A DNA stretch of 64,000 nucleotides from an uncultured Chloroflexia bacterium. Its GTDB lineage: Bacteria; Chloroflexota; Limnocylindria; QHBO01. The notes below the pieces were generated by a model. The model ran no database searches. It saw only the letters and a list, made by a program, of their open reading frames with translations, and was not told where the DNA came from. Positions within the stretch are counted from its first letter, which is position 1. Each line of letters begins with the position of its first letter. The translations under genes were made by a program, and so were the position numbers. Of the stretch, positions 1 through 7,773 are shown piece by piece. The DNA lies in assembly GCA_963825525.1 (NCBI GenBank), contig CAWGTN010000001.1:96001-160000 (forward strand), given 5' to 3'.

Positions 1-710
1 GTGACGCTGGCACCCCGGTCGCGCGCGGCCTCGGCCAGGGCGGCGCCCATCTTGCCGGAGGAGCGGTTGCCGATGAATCGCACGGGGTCCAGCGGCTCAC
101 GCGTGCCGCCGGCACTGACGACCACGTGGAGTCCCTCGAGGTCGCCGGCACGCTCGAAGAGCCGCTCGACGGCCTCCGCCACCGCGCTGGGCTCGGCCAA
201 TCGTCCGATGCCGGTCAGGCCCGATGCCAGCTCGCCGACCTCGGGCTCGACCACGATGTACCCGAACTCGCGCAGAGTTCCCACGTTGCGCTGGGTCGCC
301 GGATGCGTCCACATCCCGGCGTCCATGGCCGGCGCCACGATGACCGGCGCTCGGCTGGCGCAGGCGATCGCGGTGACCGCATCGACCACCAGGCCGGCTG
401 CGAGCTCGCCGAGCAGGTTGGCGGTGGCTGGCGCCAGCACGATGGCATCGGCCGCCTCGGCGAGCTCGATGTGGGCGATCTGCTGGTCCGAGTCGAGCTC
501 GAACACGTCGTCGAGGACGGGCCGGTGCGTCAGGCTGGCAAACGTCAGCGGCCCGACGAAGCGCGTGGCGGCCCGCGTCATGGCAACATCGACCACTGCG
601 CCGCGATCCTGGAGGAGGCGCACCAGGCTGACGGCCTTGTAGGCGGCAATGCTGCCGGATACCCCGACAACGATCCGTCGCCCGGCCAGCTGGCCCGGTC
701 CGTCGCTCAT
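1..710 (-). CDS. coaBC: Bifunctional phosphopantothenoylcysteine decarboxylase/phosphopantothenate-cysteine ligase (3' end outside window)
   Basis: Manual translation from ATG 710: MSDGPGQLAGRRIVVGVSGSIAAYKA...APATANLL...PAMD..MWTHPATQRN...GGTREPLDPVRFIGNRSSGKMG. ATGA overlap with the coaX stop. Confidence 0.95.
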   Translation of the reverse strand, partial: MSDGPGQLAGRRIVVGVSGSIAAYKAVSLVRLLQDRGAVVDVAMTRAATRFVGPLTFASLTHRPVLDDVFELDSDQQIAHIELAEAADAIVLAPATANLLGELAAGLVVDAVTAIACASRAPVIVAPAMDAGMWTHPATQRNVGTLREFGYIVVEPEVGELASGLTGIGRLAEPSAVAEAVERLFERAGDLEGLHVVVSAGGTREPLDPVRFIGNRSSGKMGAALAEAARDRGASV

Positions 711-1534
711 CGCTCGCCACCGCGGGCTGCGGCGCGCGCCCGATCGCGTATCGCCTGCCAGGCGTATCGGATGCCGCGCAGCGTCAGGTCGGGCTCGACC
801 GCGTCGATCCCCGGAACGTCCCCCAGCCAAGGCTCGTAGGTGTGGCCCCCGGTCGCGATGACCGACACCCGGGCGCCGTCCGGCGATCGCTCGACGAGCT
901 CGCCGCGGAGGGCGGTCAAGAGGCCGCTGACCAGGCCGATGTAGCCCAGCACCGCGCCGGACTGCATGGCATGCACGGTGTTCGTGCCGATGGCGGTGGG
1001 AGGGCGACGGAGCTCGATCCGCGGCAGCTTGCTTGCCCGGCCGACGAGCGCCTCGAGGCTCAGGCCCATCCCGGGAGCGATGGCTCCGCCGATGTATGCG
1101 CCGTCGGCATCGATGAGGTCGAAGTTCGTGCTGGTCCCGAGGTCGATGACGATGGCCGGACCGCCGAACTCGACGCGGGCCGCCAGGGCGTTGGCGAGCC
1201 GGTCCGCGCCGGCCTCGGCGGGGCGGTCGATACGAATCTCGAGCGTCCCGGCCAGCGTGCCGGCGTCCACGATCGTGGGCTCGACGCCGATGCGCTGTGT
1301 GACCAGCCGCTCCCAGGTCTCCGTCAGCGGAGGGACGACGCTGGCCAGCGCCACCGCGTCGAGCTCATCGAGGCGATGCGCGTCGAGCGCGAGCATCCCG
1401 GTCAATGCTGCTGCTACCTCGTCGGACGTCGCGTTGGCCCGGGTGATGGCGCGCCATGAGCGTGCCAGGCGGTCGTCCTCGAAGAGGCCGACCGTCACGT
1501 TCGTGTTGCCGATGTCGGCCGCCAGGAGCTTCAC
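707..1534 (-). CDS. coaX: Type III pantothenate kinase
   Basis: LLAADIGNTN, GADRLAN, IDLGTST, GGAIAPG motifs. GTG start lies 7 nt after a TGnTACGAT -10. Confidence 0.95.
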   Translation of the reverse strand: MKLLAADIGNTNVTVGLFEDDRLARSWRAITRANATSDEVAAALTGMLALDAHRLDELDAVALASVVPPLTETWERLVTQRIGVEPTIVDAGTLAGTLEIRIDRPAEAGADRLANALAARVEFGGPAIVIDLGTSTNFDLIDADGAYIGGAIAPGMGLSLEALVGRASKLPRIELRRPPTAIGTNTVHAMQSGAVLGYIGLVSGLLTALRGELVERSPDGARVSVIATGGHTYEPWLGDVPGIDAVEPDLTLRGIRYAWQAIRDRARAAARGGER

Positions 1535-1607
1535 GGGCCGTATCGTAGCAGCCGATTCACGCCGCGCCCCGGTGCTAGACTCGCCGACGATCCGCACGAA
1601 TGTTTCG

Positions 1608-2108
1608 ATGTCCGACGCCCGCGCCAAGCTCTACATCAATACCGGGGTCGTCACCGGCAAGAGCGACATCTACAACATCCTTCGGCCGCTGCTCAAGCAG
1701 ACGGTCAGCTACACGTACCACCGTGGCGCCCGCGTCGAGTCCGCGGGGACCGGCTGGGTCGAGCGCATCGTCGTCGACCACCCCGAGGTCGCGTCGTACT
1801 TCACGCCCCTCGCCATCTGCCTGAACCTCGATTCGTTCGACTACCTGCAGTTCGATACCACCAGCGACCAGCTCCTCGTCTACACCCTGGTCATCGGCAA
1901 CGAGCGGGTCGTGCTCGAGTTCGCCGCGGGCGGCGCGCAGCGACTGCTCGACCTCGGTGAGCCCGATCAGTCACCGGATGGGCGTCCGCTTCCCCGCAAC
2001 GCCGATGAGCTGGCCCGCGACCTTCGCTTCATCCAGATGGAGCTGCTGATGTCGGCCGAAACGGACGCGGACGGCGATCGCGCCGACGAGGACGAGGACG
2101 GAGCGTGA
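1608..2108 (+). CDS. Hypothetical protein (166 aa, acidic tail)
   Basis: MSDARAKLYINTGVVTGKSDIYNILRPLLKQ...; coding-like codon bias; TGCTAGACT -10 upstream; stop overlaps the next start. Confidence 0.75.
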   Translation: MSDARAKLYINTGVVTGKSDIYNILRPLLKQTVSYTYHRGARVESAGTGWVERIVVDHPEVASYFTPLAICLNLDSFDYLQFDTTSDQLLVYTLVIGNERVVLEFAAGGAQRLLDLGEPDQSPDGRPLPRNADELARDLRFIQMELLMSAETDADGDRADEDEDGA

Positions 2109-3430
2109 CCGCTTCCGCGGCGCCGTCACGGCTCCGCGCCGCGACCTCGCACGAGCGCACCGTGCTGCCGAGCGGCCTCCGCGTCGTGAGCCAGGTGATG
2201 CCCGGCGCTCGATCGGTCAGCGTGGTGCTGCTCGTGCCGGTGGGATCACGCCACGAGGACGAAGCGCACGCGGGGCTCAGCCACCTGTTGGAGCATCTCG
2301 TCTTCAAGGGAACGCGCGGGCATCCCGAGGCGGGATCGCTCTCGCAGCGGGTGGAGGGCGTCGGCGGCAGCGCAAACGCCAGCACGGATCGTGAGCTCAC
2401 GGCGTTCAGCGCGAAGGTTCCGGCGGAGCACGCCGACGTCGCCCTCGAGGCGGTCCGGGAGCTCGCGCTGCGCCCCCTCCTCCGACGCCGCGACCTCACG
2501 GCAGAGAAGCCGGTCATCGTGGACGAGATCCGAATGTACGTGGACTCACCGTCCGACCACGTGTTCACCCTCTTCGACGAGATGCTGTACGCCGGCCACC
2601 CGCTCGGCAGAGAGATCGCCGGCACCATCGGCAGCGTGCGACGGGCCACCCACCGCGCGGTCGTCGATCACTGGCGCGCGGCCTACCGGACCGCGGGCAT
2701 GGTCCTCGCCGTGGCGGGCAACCTCGACCACGCGTCGGTCCTCGACGCGGCGAGCGGCTGGACGTCGGAAGGTCCCGAGGGTGAGGATCGAGAGGTGGCG
2801 ACCACGCCACTCACCATGCCGGCCCCGATCCCGGCCCGTGCCGGATCGCTCCGCATCGCATACCGGCAGCTCAGCCAGGCGAACGTGTGCCTGGGCATGC
2901 CGGGCGTCGCTCGGGATGACCCCGATCGCTGGGCACTGGACCTGCTCGGCGCTGTCCTGGGCGACGGCATGGGCAGCCGCCTGTTCATGGACCTGCGCGA
3001 GCGTCGCTCGCTCGTGTATGACGTATCGACCTTCGGCGCGTCGTACTCCGACGCGGGGACCTTCGGTGTGCATGCGGGGTTCGATCCCGCCGATGTCGTC
3101 GCCGTCCTGGGCGCCATCCTCGATCAGCTCGAGCGCATCTGCTCCGAGCCGGTGACGTCGCGCGAGCTGGATCGGGCCCGCGCCTATTCGCGCGGCCGTC
3201 TCGAGCTCCGGATGGAGGACTCCGGTGCCGTCGCCGGCTGGCTCGGGTCGGGCGAGGCACTGCTGCCGCGCATCCTGTCCGTCGAGGAGGTGGTCGAGCG
3301 ACTCGAGGCGGTGACGGCCGCGGATCTGCTGCGCGTCGCTCAGCGCTTCCTGAATCCGGCCGAGGCACGAATGGCCCTGCTGGGCCCCTTCCGCTCTCGC
3401 GCTCGCATCGAGCGCGTCCTGCGTCGATGA
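2105..3430 (+). CDS. M16 (pitrilysin-family) zinc peptidase
   Basis: GSRHE..GLSHLLEHLVFKGT inverted zincin HxxEH motif; SRLF.DLRERRSLVY in the C-domain. Confidence 0.93.
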   Translation: MTASAAPSRLRAATSHERTVLPSGLRVVSQVMPGARSVSVVLLVPVGSRHEDEAHAGLSHLLEHLVFKGTRGHPEAGSLSQRVEGVGGSANASTDRELTAFSAKVPAEHADVALEAVRELALRPLLRRRDLTAEKPVIVDEIRMYVDSPSDHVFTLFDEMLYAGHPLGREIAGTIGSVRRATHRAVVDHWRAAYRTAGMVLAVAGNLDHASVLDAASGWTSEGPEGEDREVATTPLTMPAPIPARAGSLRIAYRQLSQANVCLGMPGVARDDPDRWALDLLGAVLGDGMGSRLFMDLRERRSLVYDVSTFGASYSDAGTFGVHAGFDPADVVAVLGAILDQLERICSEPVTSRELDRARAYSRGRLELRMEDSGAVAGWLGSGEALLPRILSVEEVVERLEAVTAADLLRVAQRFLNPAEARMALLGPFRSRARIERVLRR

Positions 3431-4299
3431 ACCAACGCCGCAAGCGTGGGAAGGCGGCCGGTCCCACGCCCGCGCCTGAGTCAGAGGCTCCGGCCGAGCC
3501 CGTGGCTCCGCCCGAGAATGCATCGGCCGACGACGAGCAGGTGATCGACATCCTGGTCGACGACATGCGCCTTGCCCGGGCGCAGCTCGACGCGGGTCAG
3601 CCCGGCCTAGCGGAAGGGACGGCCCGTCAGCGCATCGCGCGGCGCGAGGCCGATGGCCCGGGTTCGGACGACGAGCTTGACGCGCTCAGGACGCTCCTGG
3701 CCGAAGCGCTCTGGCGCCAGGGGCGCGTTGCGTCGGCGCGCGTGGCCCTCGACGCGGTGAGGGCGGGGAGTCCACAGCGTCGGCTGCCGATCGCGTCCCT
3801 CATCGAGGCCGAGGCACTCGCCGCAGCGGGCGAGCCGGATCGGGCGGCCGGGGCGATGGAGCGGGTGATCTCGGCCGTCGGCGTCGACCGTTCCCACGAG
3901 CTGCGAGCCGGCGTCTCGGGACGCCTGACGTGGCCGCTGCCGGCCGAGCTGCAACCGCCGGTGGTGCAGGTGTCGCGACCGCCGTGGGCGGCGCGCGATA
4001 CCGGTCCCGAGGCGGAGCTGCCGGCGGGGGATGAGCGCACCGATTCTGCGCGTGATCGGCTGGACGAGGCCCGGGTCGCCTATGTCGCCCGCGACCTCGA
4101 TCGGGGTGACGCCGAGATGTCGATCGCCATCCGCCTCGATCCTTCGTTGGCGAGCGACGGTGTTGCCATCATGGAGCCCACCCTGGGCGGGCAGCCCGCC
4201 CCCGAGCGTCTGCTACTGTACGGCGACCTGCTTCGCGCAGCGGGGCGCCGGGTCGAGGCAAGCCAGGCCTATGACCGCGCCGCCGTCCGGCGCGGCTGA
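3427..4299 (+). CDS. Hypothetical alpha-helical (TPR-like) protein
   Basis: ATGA-coupled to the peptidase; helical repeats such as LAEALWRQGR and YGDLLRAAGRRVEASQAYDRA. Confidence 0.6.
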   Translation: MNQRRKRGKAAGPTPAPESEAPAEPVAPPENASADDEQVIDILVDDMRLARAQLDAGQPGLAEGTARQRIARREADGPGSDDELDALRTLLAEALWRQGRVASARVALDAVRAGSPQRRLPIASLIEAEALAAAGEPDRAAGAMERVISAVGVDRSHELRAGVSGRLTWPLPAELQPPVVQVSRPPWAARDTGPEAELPAGDERTDSARDRLDEARVAYVARDLDRGDAEMSIAIRLDPSLASDGVAIMEPTLGGQPAPERLLLYGDLLRAAGRRVEASQAYDRAAVRRG

Positions 4300-4363
4300 C
4301 CCGAACCACACGTCTCCGACACCGCGTGCGGCCGGAGAACCCAGCACAGGAGCGACTCTCGTC

Positions 4364-4831
4364 ATGCAGCGCACTCTCGTCCTCGCCAAGCCCGATGCCG
4401 TGCAGCGGGGTCTCATCGGCGAGATCGTCGGCCGGTTCGAGCGCAAGGGGCTCAAGGTCGTAGGCCTCAGGATGCTGACCGTCTCCCGGCCGCTGGCGGA
4501 GGAGCACTACGCGGTCCACGCCGGGAAGCACTTCTACGACGGGCTCGTCGAATTCATCACGTCCGGGCCGGTGGCGGCCTTCGCGCTCGAGGGTCCCGAT
4601 GCCATCGCCGTGGTCCGCAAGATGGTCGGCAAGACGATGCCGAACGAGGCCGAGCCCGGAACGATCCGCGGCGACCTGGGCGTGAGCGGCCTCCGCAACC
4701 TCATCCATGCGTCCGACGCGCCGGAGACGGCGGAGGCGGAGCTCGCCCTGTGGTTCGGCGCCGATGCCGTGGTCGACTATGTTCGTGAGATCGACGCGTG
4801 GATCGTGGCCGAGGAGCCCGAGCGCGGCTGA
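4364..4831 (+). CDS. ndk: Nucleoside diphosphate kinase
   Basis: MQRTLVLAKPDAVQRGLIGEI...PGTIRGD...NLIHASD. Confidence 0.97.
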   Translation: MQRTLVLAKPDAVQRGLIGEIVGRFERKGLKVVGLRMLTVSRPLAEEHYAVHAGKHFYDGLVEFITSGPVAAFALEGPDAIAVVRKMVGKTMPNEAEPGTIRGDLGVSGLRNLIHASDAPETAEAELALWFGADAVVDYVREIDAWIVAEEPERG

Positions 4832-4834
4832 GGG

Positions 4835-5515
4835 CTACTCGCCGGCAGCGGCCTGCAGGGCCGGGTAGTCGGGCCGCTCGATGAGCCCGATGCGCTCGAG
4901 CGGGAAGTAGCGCAGCCAGGCGCGTCCCAGCACGCTCTCCTCGTCGATGGGACCGAACACGCGCGAGTCCTGGCTGAACGGCCGGTTGTCGCCCATCACG
5001 AAGAACTCGTGCGGCCCGACGATCCAGGTCAGCGGGCAATCCTGCCGCTCGCAGAGCGTGGCGGCCGTGCTCCCGTCGGCGTTGGGGACCACGTAGGGCT
5101 CCTCGATCCGGATCGAGCTTCGGTCGGGCCGGCTCACGAAGACCCGGCCGTTCTCGAGGCTGATCGTGTCGCCCGGCATACCGATGATCCGCTTGATGAA
5201 CGGGACGCCCTGCTGGTCCAGCCCGGAACCGGAAGGCGGATCGAACACCACGACGTCGCCGTACTCGTAGCCGCCGAATCGCGGTGTGAGCTTGTCGATG
5301 AGGATGTACTCGCCGTCCACGATGGTGGGGAACATCGAGCTCTGCTGGACCTCGAACGGCTGGGCCACGAAGTTGTGGATGACGAGGTAGATGAGCAGCG
5401 TGAGGACGAGCGTCTCGACGACCTCGAACGCGCAGCCCAGGGCACGACGCGAACCGGCGCGCTCGCGTTGTGCGGGCGCGCCGTCGGATTCGGATTCGTC
5501 GGGGAGGTAGGTCAT
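4835..5515 (-). CDS. lepB: Signal peptidase I
   Basis: N-terminal TM, SSMFPT (catalytic Ser), FIKRIIGMPGD (Lys), MGDNRPFSQDSRVFG. Confidence 0.95.
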   Translation of the reverse strand: MTYLPDESESDGAPAQRERAGSRRALGCAFEVVETLVLTLLIYLVIHNFVAQPFEVQQSSMFPTIVDGEYILIDKLTPRFGGYEYGDVVVFDPPSGSGLDQQGVPFIKRIIGMPGDTISLENGRVFVSRPDRSSIRIEEPYVVPNADGSTAATLCERQDCPLTWIVGPHEFFVMGDNRPFSQDSRVFGPIDEESVLGRAWLRYFPLERIGLIERPDYPALQAAAGE

Positions 5516-5581
5516 CAGCCCTGGCTGTGGATGGCGGCCGGCACAGGATAGCGCACCGGAAGCGGTAGACTCGGCTGTCAG

Positions 5582-6223
5582 ATGGGTAGCCTGATCCTCG
5601 TCCGTCACGCGACCACGGCGGCCTCCGCCGCCGGAAGGAACCTGGGCCAGGCCAGCAATCCTCCGCTGTCGGACGCGGGCCTCGAGCTCGCCGAAGCACT
5701 GGGTGTGACGCTCGCCGCCGAGCTCGCCGAACTTCCGCATGACGAGATTCGGCTCGTCAGCAGCCCGGCCCTGCGATGTCGCCAGACGATCGGGGCCATC
5801 GCCACGGCGCTGGGCTTGGATGCCGAGTCGGTCGAGCTTGCCCAGGGGTTGCTCGAGATCGACTACGGCGCCTGGGACGGGCTCACGGCGGCGGAATGCG
5901 AGGCTCGCGATCCCGAGCTTCGTGCGGCATGGGAATCCGATCCGTACGCCACCGCCTGCCCGGAGGGCGAGAGCGGGAAGGACGTGAGCATGCGCGCTGC
6001 CGCCGTGCTCGAGCCGCTCGAGGACTGGCTCACGGCCGACCGCGCACGATGCGCCATCGCGGTCGCGCACAACCATGTGAATCGCGTGGCGATGTGCCGC
6101 CTGCTGGGGTGGCCGATGCGGGACTACCGACGCCGGCTGGCGGCCGATCCCGGCGGCTACAGCCTGGTGACGTTCGGAGGTGCCGGTCCGGTCGTGCGCC
6201 GGTACAACGTTCCCGGAGCCTGA
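5582..6223 (+). CDS. Histidine phosphatase (phosphoglycerate mutase-like)
   Basis: LVRHATT, SSPALRCRQT, LLEIDYGAWDG, PEGES, VAHNH. Confidence 0.9.
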   Translation: MGSLILVRHATTAASAAGRNLGQASNPPLSDAGLELAEALGVTLAAELAELPHDEIRLVSSPALRCRQTIGAIATALGLDAESVELAQGLLEIDYGAWDGLTAAECEARDPELRAAWESDPYATACPEGESGKDVSMRAAAVLEPLEDWLTADRARCAIAVAHNHVNRVAMCRLLGWPMRDYRRRLAADPGGYSLVTFGGAGPVVRRYNVPGA

Positions 6224-6231
6224 CGGTCCAC

Positions 6232-6246
6232 TGGCACGGTCCGTGC
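6232..6246 (+). promoter_or_regulatory. Sigma-54 -24/-12 element upstream of rpoN
   Basis: TGGCACGGTCCGTGC against consensus TGGCACGNNNNTTGC; GG and GC are exactly 10 nt apart; intergenic. Confidence 0.7.
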
Positions 6247-6290
6247 GTTGGCGACGAGGCCGGTGATTCGGCCGGTTCTGCGCCGCTGCC

Positions 6291-6296
6291 TATAAT
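6291..6296 (+). promoter_or_regulatory. Sigma-70 -10 box (TATAAT) of rpoN
   Basis: Perfect TATAAT in a GC-rich intergenic region 40 nt before the ATG. Confidence 0.65.
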
Positions 6297-6335
6297 CGCC
6301 GAACCCCATCATCAGTCGCCCGTTCGCGAGGATTC

Positions 6336-7751
6336 ATGTCGATCGAGCTCAGCCAGCAGATCCAGCCGGTCATGCAGGCCAAGGTCACCCCGAAGCAGAT
6401 TGCGGCCAACTACATCCTGCAGATGAGCTCCGTCGAGCTGCAGGAAGCGATCGCACAGGAGCTTGACGAGAACCCGGCGCTCGAGATGGAGGAGCTGCCA
6501 ACATGCGCGATCTGCGGCCGCCCGGTCGCGGGCAGCTACTGCACCGAATGCATGCCACGCAAGGCCGAATCGGAGGGCGACGACGGTCGCGTGAGCCCCG
6601 ATGACCTCCCGGGCGACGGATCCACGCGGCTCCGGGACGAGGCGGACGAGTTCGACCCGATCGCGCGCGCCGAGGCTGATTTCACGCTCGAGGATCACCT
6701 GACCTGGAACCTGCACGCGCAGCTGCCGGGACGCCTCCACCCGGTGGCCGATCACGTCATCGGAGCGCTCGACTCGAACGGATTCCTCACCGAGTCCGAC
6801 GACGAGGTCGCCGGGGCAACCGGGGTGTCCCTGGCGGACGTTGAGCAGGTCCTTGCCGCGATGAAGGGTCTCGAACCGATCGGGATCGGATCGCGATCCA
6901 TCACCGAATCGCTGCTTGCCCAGATCGAGTACCTCCGCGAGCAGGACTCGGTGACGATCCCGCCGCACGCCGAGGCGGTGATCGCGGACCACCTCGCGGA
7001 GCTGGGGGAGCGGCGATTCCGCGAGATCGGGGTGGCGGTCGGTGCGACCCAGCGACAGGTCATGACCGTCTGGGAGTTCGTGAAGTCGAACCTCAACCCC
7101 TATCCGACCGCCGCGTTCACGGCGGCGGTGAGCGGCGACGCCTCCCGACCGATCATCCGTCCCGACGTCCTGATCCGCGAGAGCGAGGGCGAGCTCACCG
7201 TCGAGGTCGTCGAATCCCGGCGTTTCAGCCTCCACGTGGCACCGATCTACTCCAGCCTGTCATCCAAGCTGCGCAGCGCAGAAACGACGGAGGACGAGAA
7301 GGAGCACGTTCGACAGTACGTGGGTCGCGCCAAGTTCTTCATCGACAACATCAACCGTCGCCGCGCCACGATCCAGCGCATCGCCGAGTGCCTGGTGGAG
7401 CGGCAGCGCGACTACCTCGTGCACGGCGTGCAGCATCTGGTGCCGCTCACCCGCGCCGAGGTGGGGGAGGTCATCGGCATGCACGAGTCGACGGTCAGCC
7501 GGGCGACGGCCGAGAAGTACGTGATGCTGCCGCGTGGCGAGGTGGTGCCGTTCAGTCACTTCTTCACGGCCTCGCTCGGCGTCAAGGACCAGATCAAGCG
7601 GATGATCGAGGCGGAGGACACCCGGCACCCCTATTCCGACCAGGAGATCGCGGATGCGCTGGCCGAAGAAGGGGTTGCCCTGGCGCGCCGGACGGTCGCG
7701 AAGTACCGCGACGAGCTCCAGATCCTTCCCGCCCGGCTCCGCCATCGCTGA
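6336..7751 (+). CDS. rpoN: RNA polymerase sigma-54 factor
   Basis: Region I ...ELDENPALE, HESTVSRA HTH, RpoN box ARRTVAKYR. Confidence 0.96.
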   Translation: MSIELSQQIQPVMQAKVTPKQIAANYILQMSSVELQEAIAQELDENPALEMEELPTCAICGRPVAGSYCTECMPRKAESEGDDGRVSPDDLPGDGSTRLRDEADEFDPIARAEADFTLEDHLTWNLHAQLPGRLHPVADHVIGALDSNGFLTESDDEVAGATGVSLADVEQVLAAMKGLEPIGIGSRSITESLLAQIEYLREQDSVTIPPHAEAVIADHLAELGERRFREIGVAVGATQRQVMTVWEFVKSNLNPYPTAAFTAAVSGDASRPIIRPDVLIRESEGELTVEVVESRRFSLHVAPIYSSLSSKLRSAETTEDEKEHVRQYVGRAKFFIDNINRRRATIQRIAECLVERQRDYLVHGVQHLVPLTRAEVGEVIGMHESTVSRATAEKYVMLPRGEVVPFSHFFTASLGVKDQIKRMIEAEDTRHPYSDQEIADALAEEGVALARRTVAKYRDELQILPARLRHR

Positions 7752-7773
7752 GCGGGCACGGGGTCACCGCGCG

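Noticed and set aside
966-1607. N-terminal 214 aa of ORF 966-2108, and similar extensions at 4031, 6076, 15099, 29465, 31632 and 42431
   Set aside because: They overlap real opposite-strand genes or RNAs; true starts are downstream at RBS- or -10-supported codons.
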